64,000 nt of DNA. Origin: Epithemia pelagica (Eukaryota; Protista; Bacillariophyta). Made by a program: the position numbers and the translations under genes. Positions 57,208 to 64,000 of the stretch are shown piece after piece (position 1 is the stretch's first letter; the number at the start of each line of letters is the position of its first letter). The notes under the pieces are model-generated. The model made no database searches. It was not told the DNA's origin and saw nothing but the letters and a program-made list of their open reading frames with translations. The stretch lies in the NCBI GenBank assembly GCA_946965045.2, contig OX337236.1, positions 1,302,001-1,366,000 of the forward strand, read 5' to 3'.

Positions 57208-57645
57208 TGCTGTATCGTTCTCGTGCGTTTTGGTCTTCTCAAGTTTCTAAGAGGTTATTGAGAATTGCTGTTTGTGTGTCCAATCTCCATTAGCGGTCAA
57301 AAGCAACTTTTCGACTTGCAAGCAAGCACATGGTTGATTGTTGAATGAACTGTGGAACGATGTTGGAGGGAAGATGTAGTTTTTGTGGAGCAGTCGCTAC
57401 AAAAGCGCGTGTTCCGCATGCCCGCCCGCCTTAATTAAACGACAAGAATGTTCTAAACATAATGAAATATGTAACAAAATTTAACGTTTTAACCGTATTC
57501 CCGTTGAATCGAAAGATTTTTTCCAAGTGTGGTCTGATTTGTTTTTTTGTCAAGTGGTCTGCAGACCAGGCAATGACGAACGCTCTCTGTCTGAGAAACG
57601 CTTGAAAACCCAAGACTCTCTGAGAAACCCCTACTCTACAAAAAG

Positions 57646-60426
57646 ATGGAGAGGAGAACAATGAAAACACGAAGTCAATCTGAATCGCGTCTCAAGGCGC
57701 TTGCTCATGTTGCAGTTGCTGCCTCGGAGGCGGAGTCGGAGCCACATTCACCATCACCTATGGCAGCAGCAGACGAAGCAACAATGGCAGCAACAGAAGA
57801 AGCGAGAGCAAGCCATCGGTTTCTTACAGACGAAGACCTCCATAAAGTCAACGAGAAAAAGCATGCAGACAGTCGTCGCGGCAAGCTAAAGGACGACAAT
57901 GCATACACGGACTCGGCGTCGGCTTTGAAACAGCGCCTCAGCGAGCAACGGAAAAAGGATTATGCGGAGGCTGTCGCTGCAGTAAAGAAAGTCAAGGCCC
58001 ATGGACGGGATCCATGGGACAATTTCATCCGAGGACTGAAGTTTCTGTCCACTTCGATCAAGGATGGCACTGTGCTGATCAACGCATACGGAGTGTTTGT
58101 GGCAAAGAAGATTGGCGTCACATTTTCGGTGACAGATGCGCCCATTCGCAAATCAGGCACAGGCATCAAGAACTCTAATACGGCCCCCAAGAAAAATGAC
58201 TACGGACTGGAAGTTGGGGAAGTTGTGCCCAAGTCCGTTGGGATTGGGATCCCAACCAAGCAAACTCGAAACAACTCGTGCCTCAAGTTTCGACAGTTCA
58301 GCTTCTCCCTCAAGAATGATCCGATCTTCAAGATTATGCTGGGGACAAAACACATCTTCACAGTCAAGAAGTCGGGCCTCAAGGCTGAAGAGGGAAAAGA
58401 AGGCCCCGGGTTTGGTCTTTTTTCTGTACAAGAGCACAAAGTAGGTGAGGTGATTGGTGTGTATGCAGGGTTGGATATCACCTCTCGGACCGTCGGTCGG
58501 ACCGAGTACGCAATTCAGTTTGGAGAGCACGGAGAACGCATCGTTCAAGCCGACAACGAGGATTTCTTTTTCATGGGGTTTCATTTGATGAATGATCCCC
58601 AGTATCACCTCTACGATACAGAAGAAGGACCTGACGAAGCACACCAGGACTACAACGTGCGTATCGACAAGAATCTGCTAGTTCGTGTGATCAAGGACAT
58701 CGCGGAGGGGGACGAGCTGTTTTTATTCTACAACCTTAGCTCGGACACCAAGACGATCGCAGCCTCAAAGGAAGGCGGTGAGGAGCCTGATGAGGATGTG
58801 CAGAAGAAGCGAGGTCGATCCAGCCAGGATGATTCTCCGAAGAAGGTGAAGAAGATGAAGATGGGTGGTTCTGGTGGTAATGCTCCTGCTCCTGATGTTG
58901 CCATTCAACAGCACTACCAACCGCACGACCTTCAACTGCACCATCCTGTTCCCGCCGCTGCTGCTCCTGATGTTGCCATTCAACAGCACTACCAACCGCA
59001 CGACCTTCAACTGCACCATCCTGTTCCCGCTGCTGCTGTTCCTCATGATGTTGCCACTCAACAGCACTACCAACCGCACGACCTTCAACTGCACCATCCT
59101 GTTCCCGCCGCTGCTGCTCCTGATGTTGCCATTCAACAGCACTACCAACCGCACGACCTTCAACTGCACCATCCTGTTCCCGTCGCTGCTGTTCCTCATG
59201 ATGTTGCCACTCAACAGCACCACTACAATTCTCCGCAAATACACCACCTTCAACCACACCATCATCCTCAGTACCACAGTCCACCATACCATCATCCTCC
59301 ACATTCCCACTACACGCCCGGGCATTTCTATGATGAGCATCATCGGCCCCATGTCTTGGTGGCTCAGGGGCAGCTCCCTTATGAAGGATACGGGCAGGTT
59401 CAGCCACAACCAAGCATTCCATATGACGCCCCGATACTCAATGAAAACCCCAGTCCGGAGGACTCTCACCAGGTGGAAGCGGTTGAGGAGGAACCAAATC
59501 CGGCAGAGAAAGCAAAAGAACTGAATAAAAACTATGGCCACTTGTTGATCAATTATGAGGGTGATCCACGAGGACGTTTTTTGGTCGCTCCGACAGAGCT
59601 TCTTGGATTGTTGCGTGATGTCTGGTCTCTCGGAACGGAGAAGCATGGGGACGACAAGATTTCGAAGAGAATGCGGGGTGTGCAACAATACACCCCACAA
59701 ATCCAAATGCGCATGTTTGACGGTGAAGGATTAGTGGCACATGACGAATTCACACCCTGGGGGAAGAAGCGGGTAGCTGAAATTGTGGCAACATTCAAGA
59801 AGACTCTTGCTCAAGCCCTTGTGGACATGGAGTACGCAGAGGATGACTCCTTTGCTGAAGGTATCCAGATCCACCTGTCGCTCCTCAAGACCACATTTGA
59901 AAAGGTGCAAGAGCCACATCTGGATTTCAAATGGGATGTGGTCACGCCAAGTCCGGACGAGGAACAGGGTTCGACTGAACAGAAAGGGACACCCCAAGGC
60001 AACGTCAAGACTCGTGGAAAGGGACGAAAAAAAGCGCCGTTCCGAGAACGTGTCCCATTTGCTGTTTTTGTGCCCCTGACGGAGGACGGAATGACTTTAG
60101 AATTGTGGCGGCACCGCAAGGACCACAAGAAGAATAGGCATCAGTTGGGTGAGGTGGTCGACGTTCCCTATGGAACGTTCCTCATGATGCAAGGCAATAC
60201 TGTTCACGCCGGAGGCTTCTTGACCAGTGCCCAAGGCAATCCACGTGCCCATTTCTACATGTATCAAGGGCGTGATCAAACCATTCATCCATATCTTCCC
60301 AAAAACGAGTACCAGTTACCACCCTACTACAACTCAGAAGATCGTCTCGCAACATATTACCGGCACAGTCAGCATGTCCACTATAAATCTCCAAAGAAAG
60401 TTCGTGGCGCACTTCTTCTAAAATAA
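57646..60426 (+). CDS. Cargo protein: SET domain + His/Gln-rich repeat + 2OG-Fe(II) dioxygenase-like domain
   Basis: SET at about 58351-58734: TVKKSG..GPGFGLF..GEVIGVYAG..YAI..FHLMNDP..YNV..VRVIKDIAEGDELFLFYN. Dioxygenase-like: QEPHLDF (H 59917, D 59923), AVFVPL, VDVPYGTFLMMQGNTVHAGG (H 60205), GNPRAHFY (R 60244). Confidence 0.8.
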   Translation: MERRTMKTRSQSESRLKALAHVAVAASEAESEPHSPSPMAAADEATMAATEEARASHRFLTDEDLHKVNEKKHADSRRGKLKDDNAYTDSASALKQRLSEQRKKDYAEAVAAVKKVKAHGRDPWDNFIRGLKFLSTSIKDGTVLINAYGVFVAKKIGVTFSVTDAPIRKSGTGIKNSNTAPKKNDYGLEVGEVVPKSVGIGIPTKQTRNNSCLKFRQFSFSLKNDPIFKIMLGTKHIFTVKKSGLKAEEGKEGPGFGLFSVQEHKVGEVIGVYAGLDITSRTVGRTEYAIQFGEHGERIVQADNEDFFFMGFHLMNDPQYHLYDTEEGPDEAHQDYNVRIDKNLLVRVIKDIAEGDELFLFYNLSSDTKTIAASKEGGEEPDEDVQKKRGRSSQDDSPKKVKKMKMGGSGGNAPAPDVAIQQHYQPHDLQLHHPVPAAAAPDVAIQQHYQPHDLQLHHPVPAAAVPHDVATQQHYQPHDLQLHHPVPAAAAPDVAIQQHYQPHDLQLHHPVPVAAVPHDVATQQHHYNSPQIHHLQPHHHPQYHSPPYHHPPHSHYTPGHFYDEHHRPHVLVAQGQLPYEGYGQVQPQPSIPYDAPILNENPSPEDSHQVEAVEEEPNPAEKAKELNKNYGHLLINYEGDPRGRFLVAPTELLGLLRDVWSLGTEKHGDDKISKRMRGVQQYTPQIQMRMFDGEGLVAHDEFTPWGKKRVAEIVATFKKTLAQALVDMEYAEDDSFAEGIQIHLSLLKTTFEKVQEPHLDFKWDVVTPSPDEEQGSTEQKGTPQGNVKTRGKGRKKAPFRERVPFAVFVPLTEDGMTLELWRHRKDHKKNRHQLGEVVDVPYGTFLMMQGNTVHAGGFLTSAQGNPRAHFYMYQGRDQTIHPYLPKNEYQLPPYYNSEDRLATYYRHSQHVHYKSPKKVRGALLLK
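58885..59225 (+). repeat. Coding minisatellite (75/78-bp units, about 4.4 copies) in the SET gene
   Basis: PDVAIQQHYQPHDLQLHHPVPAAAA-type unit, arranged as a 153-bp dimer repeated twice. Confidence 0.92.
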
Positions 60427-60582
60427 AAAACTATAAGTTTATGCTTGCGTGATAGACTTTCGTCTGTTGTTGTAATCCATGACCTCCCCAATTCCATTTC
60501 TCGTCTCAATCGTCCCCTGTCTCCGACATCTTCAGACAACACTTAAAAATTGATTTGAAGCTTGCCCAATCTCGTGTGCTTT

Positions 60583-63246
60583 GTGCTACATCGGGAAAAA
60601 TGCCTCCATCAATGGATGGCCCATTCTCAATGACCATGGCGCCTACGGTCAATCTGAGACCTGGGTACACTCAGGTAGGTCCTAACCTAAAAAGCTACAA
60701 AGTAGGAAGGTAAGCGAGTCAATATGGAACGAGACGAGTAGCAACGTCCTTCGGTCTCGAAATGTTGTGTGCTACGTGCTACATCGAGAAAAATGCCTCC
60801 ATCAATGGATGGCACCTTCTCAATAACCATGGCGCCTACGGTCAATCTGAGACCTGGGTACGCTCAGGTAGGTCCTAACCTAAAATGCTACTAAGTAGGA
60901 GGGGCAGCGAGTCAATATTGAACGAGACGAGTAGCAACGTCCTTCGGTCTCGAAATGTTGTGTGCTACGTGCTACATCGAGAAAAATGCCTCCATCAATG
61001 GATGGCCCATTCTCAATGACCATGGCGCCTACGGTCATTCTGACACTTGGGTACGCTCAAGTAGGTTCTAAACTAAAATGCTACAAAGTAGGAAGGCAAG
61101 CGAGTCAATATTAAACGAGACGAGTAGCAACGTCCTTCGGTCTCGAAATGTTGTGTGCTACGTGCTACATCGGGAAAAATGCCTCCATCAATGGATGGCA
61201 CCTTCTCAATAACCATGGCGCCTACGGTCAATCTGAGACTTGGGTACGCTCAAGTAGATTCTAAACTAAAATGCGACAAAGTAGGAGGGGCAGAGAGTCA
61301 ATATGGAACGAGACAAGTAGCAACGTCCTTCGGTCTCGAAATGTTGTGTGCTACGTGCTACATCGAGAAAAATGCCTCTATCAATGGATGGCACCTTCTC
61401 AATGACCATGGCGCCTACGGTCAATCTGATACCTCGTTACGCTCAAGTAGGTTCTAAACTAAAAAGCTACAAAGTAGGAAGGTAAGCGAGTCAATATTGA
61501 ACGAGACGAGTAGCAACGTCCTTCGGTCTCGAAATGTTGTGTGCTACGTGCTACATCGAGAAAAATGCCTCCATCAATGGATGGCCCATTCTCAATGACC
61601 ATGGCGCCTACGGTCAATCTGAGACTTGGGTACGCTCAACTAGGTTCTAAACTAAAATGCTACAAAGTAGGAAGGCAAGCGAGTCAATATTAAACGAGAC
61701 GAGTAGCAACGTCCTTCGGTCTCGAAATGTTGTGTGCTATGTGCTACATCGGGAAAAATGCCTCCATCAATGGATGGCACCTTCTCAATAACCATGGCGC
61801 CTACGGTCAATCTGAGACTTGGGTACGCTCAAGTAGATGCTAAACTAAAATGCGACAAAGTAGGAGGGGCAGAGAGTCAATATGGAACGAGACAAGTAGC
61901 AACGTCCTTCGGTCTCGAAATGTTGTGTGCTACGTGCTACATCGAGAAAAATGCCTCTATCAATGGATGGCACCTTCTCAATGACCATGGCGCCTACGGT
62001 CAATCTGATACCTCGTTACGCTCAAGTAGGTTCTAAACTAAAATGCTACAAAGCAGGAAGGTAAGCGAGTCAATATTGAACGAGACGAGTAGCAACGTCC
62101 TTCGGTCTCGAAATGTTGTGTGCTACGTGCTACATCGAGAAAAATGCCTCCATCAATGGATGGCCCATTCTCAATGACCATGGCGCCTACGGTCAATCTG
62201 AGACTTGGGTACGCTCAACTAGGTTCTAAACTAAAATGCTACAAAGTAGGAAGGCAAGCGAGTCAATATTAAACGAGACGAGTAGCAACGTCCTTCGGTC
62301 TCGAAATGTTGTGTGCTACGTGCTACATCGGGAAAAATGCCTCCATCAATGGATGGCACCTTCTCAATGACCATGGCGCCTACGGTCAATCTGAGACTTG
62401 GGTACGCTCAAGTAGGTTCTAAACTAAAATGCTACAAAGTAGGAAGGCAAGCGAGTCAATATTAAACGAGACGAGTAGCAACGTCCTTCGGTCTCGAAAT
62501 GTTGTGTGCTACGTACTACATCGAGAAAAATGCCTCCATCAATGGATGGCACCTTCTCAATGACCATGGCGCCTACGGTCAATCTGATACCTCGTTACGC
62601 TCAAGTAGGTTCTAAACTAAAATGCTACAAAGCAGGAGGGGCAGCGAGTCAATTTTGAACGAGACGATTAGCAACGTCCTTCGGTCTCGAAATGTTGTGT
62701 GCTACGTGCTACATCGAGAAAAATGCTTCCATCAATGGATGGCCCATTCTCAATGACCATGGCGCCTACGGTCAATCTGAGACTTGGGTACGCTCAAGTA
62801 GGTTCTAAACTAAAATGCGACAAAGTAGGAGGGGCAGAGAGTCAATATGGAACGAGACGAGTAGCAACGTCCTTCGGTCTCGAAATGTTGTGTGCTACGT
62901 GCTACATCGAGAAAAATGCCTCCATCAATGGATGGCACCTTCTCAATGACCATGGCGCCTACGGTCAATCTGATACCTCGTTACGCTCAAGTAGGTTCTA
63001 AACTAAAATGCTACAAAGTAGGAAGGCAAGCGAGTCAATATTGAACGAGACGAGTAGCAACGTCCTTCGGTCTCGAAATGTTGTGTGCTACGTGCTACAT
63101 CGAGAAAAATGCCTCCATCAATGGATGGCCCATTCTCAATGACCATGGCGCCTACGGTCAATCTGAGACTTGGGTACGCTCAAGTAGGTTCTAAACTAAA
63201 ATGCTACAAAGTAGGAGGGGCAGAGAATCAAGATTGAACGAGAGTA
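60583..63246 (+). repeat. Right subterminal tandem array, 193-bp unit, about 13.8 copies, inverted relative to the left array
   Basis: Marker CCTTCGGTCTCGAAATG recurs every 193 bp from 60748 to 63064 (13 copies) plus partial units. Confidence 0.95.
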
Positions 63247-63875
63247 GCGGAAACTGACGATGAGGATCGATTGTGGTTCGTGTCGCGAGAGATGAAAATC
63301 CTCATCGATGGACGACTATTTTGCGATAACCGTGGCACCTACGATAGTTATGATAGTTGGTTTCACGAAGGTAGACCCTAAAGTAAAAGCCCTTCAAGTA
63401 TGAACTGTAGAACTACCATATTGGAGCTTCGGCAGTACATCGAGTTACGGATGAAAATCTCGTTCCAACAAAAACGAGCCAAATCGAGCAGGGGTTTGTT
63501 TGCGCTATCACGCCCACCGATAGCCCATATGACCTGAAAGTGCTCTTCCTTACACTACAATAGACACATCGTAGGCACCATTTGATGGTAGGGCACGTAG
63601 TGGTCGACTTATAGTACCATCAATGTAGCGGCCAAAGGGCAATCTAGCGGCCATTACGTGGACAAAAAAAAAATGACCCTACAATGGTGAGTTAGAACTC
63701 GATAACCATGGCCGCTATAGCAAAAGTGGCCCGCAGGGGCCGAGAGCATTGTTTGAAGAAGACGTCGCTCGATATTGGGGCATGGGCGTCCTATATTGAG
63801 TGAGTTACGCTAGATGTCCATCATGGTCATTTGGCCGCTATTTTCGAGGTTTTGGCCGCCTCACCCGGCGCGGCA
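63247..63875 (-). repeat. Right long terminal inverted repeat (unique part)
   Basis: Reverse complement of 49557-50183. Confidence 0.95.
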
Positions 63876-64000
63876 CTAGAGAACGTGGGGAGATGTTTCG
63901 TGGGTTGGTTCGTTGGGCGTGATTCTGACGTGGAACAGCGTGGTGAAATGGTTTTTATTTAATGGATTGATAAAACAATGGATGACCGTTCTTCGATCAT

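Larger units (their letters stand above)
49557..63875 (-). mobile_element. Complete 14.3-kb piggyBac-like DNA transposon with foldback satellite arms and SET/dioxygenase cargo
   Basis: Ends TGCCGCGCCGGGTGAGG.. and ..CCTCACCCGGCGCGGCA are flanked by CTAG on both sides (49553-49556; 63876-63879). About 630 bp of near-perfect inverted identity; internal piggyBac-type transposase. Confidence 0.92.

Noticed and set aside
51012-63001. Repeated about 100-aa ORFs in the arrays (51012, 51591, 61155, 61734, 62699)
   Set aside because: They are chance frames spanning about 1.5 repeat units, start at GTG-type codons and are broken in most units.
50184-63246. 193-bp arrays as CRISPR arrays or rDNA spacer
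   Set aside because: Whole units repeat with no unique spacers, and there are no cas genes or rRNA sequence. They are subterminal repeats of a DNA transposon.

Overview
Eukaryotic nuclear DNA, very probably from a diatom. The evidence is a fucoxanthin-chlorophyll protein with an ASAFAP plastid-import motif, short 69-122 bp GT-AG introns and diatom-type transposons. The window has two halves. (1) 1-31 kb is a compact, gene-dense block: a HET-like-domain gene running off the left edge, a plastid-targeted unknown protein, an FCP/LHC, a Q-rich coiled-coil protein, an FkbM methyltransferase, an amino-acid permease, a pyridine nucleotide-disulfide oxidoreductase, DEPDC5/IML1 (3 exons), two tandem nodulin-like MFS paralogs, a plastid-targeted REC+LuxR response regulator, another MFS, a 4-exon 125-aa protein with 26 Cys that the ORF track misses, and an SLC35F transporter. 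(2) 32-64 kb is almost entirely transposons: a 4.6-kb non-autonomous hAT element (8-bp TSD) carrying an endonuclease III-like DNA glycosylase; a PIF/Harbinger gene pair; a Ty3/Gypsy LTR element (5-bp TSD) with an internal 882-bp inverted copy of its own 3' end; a truncated Penelope-like GIY-YIG fragment; and a complete 14.3-kb piggyBac-like element. The piggyBac-like element is the most striking feature. It has TG..CA ends, a CTAG target duplication, foldback arms built from about 630-bp TIRs plus inverted 193-bp tandem arrays, an intact 3-exon transposase, and a divergently oriented cargo gene fusing a SET domain to a 2OG-Fe(II) dioxygenase-like domain. All domain calls come from motif recognition by eye, with no database searches. 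The proposed anti-silencing role of the cargo genes is a hypothesis.
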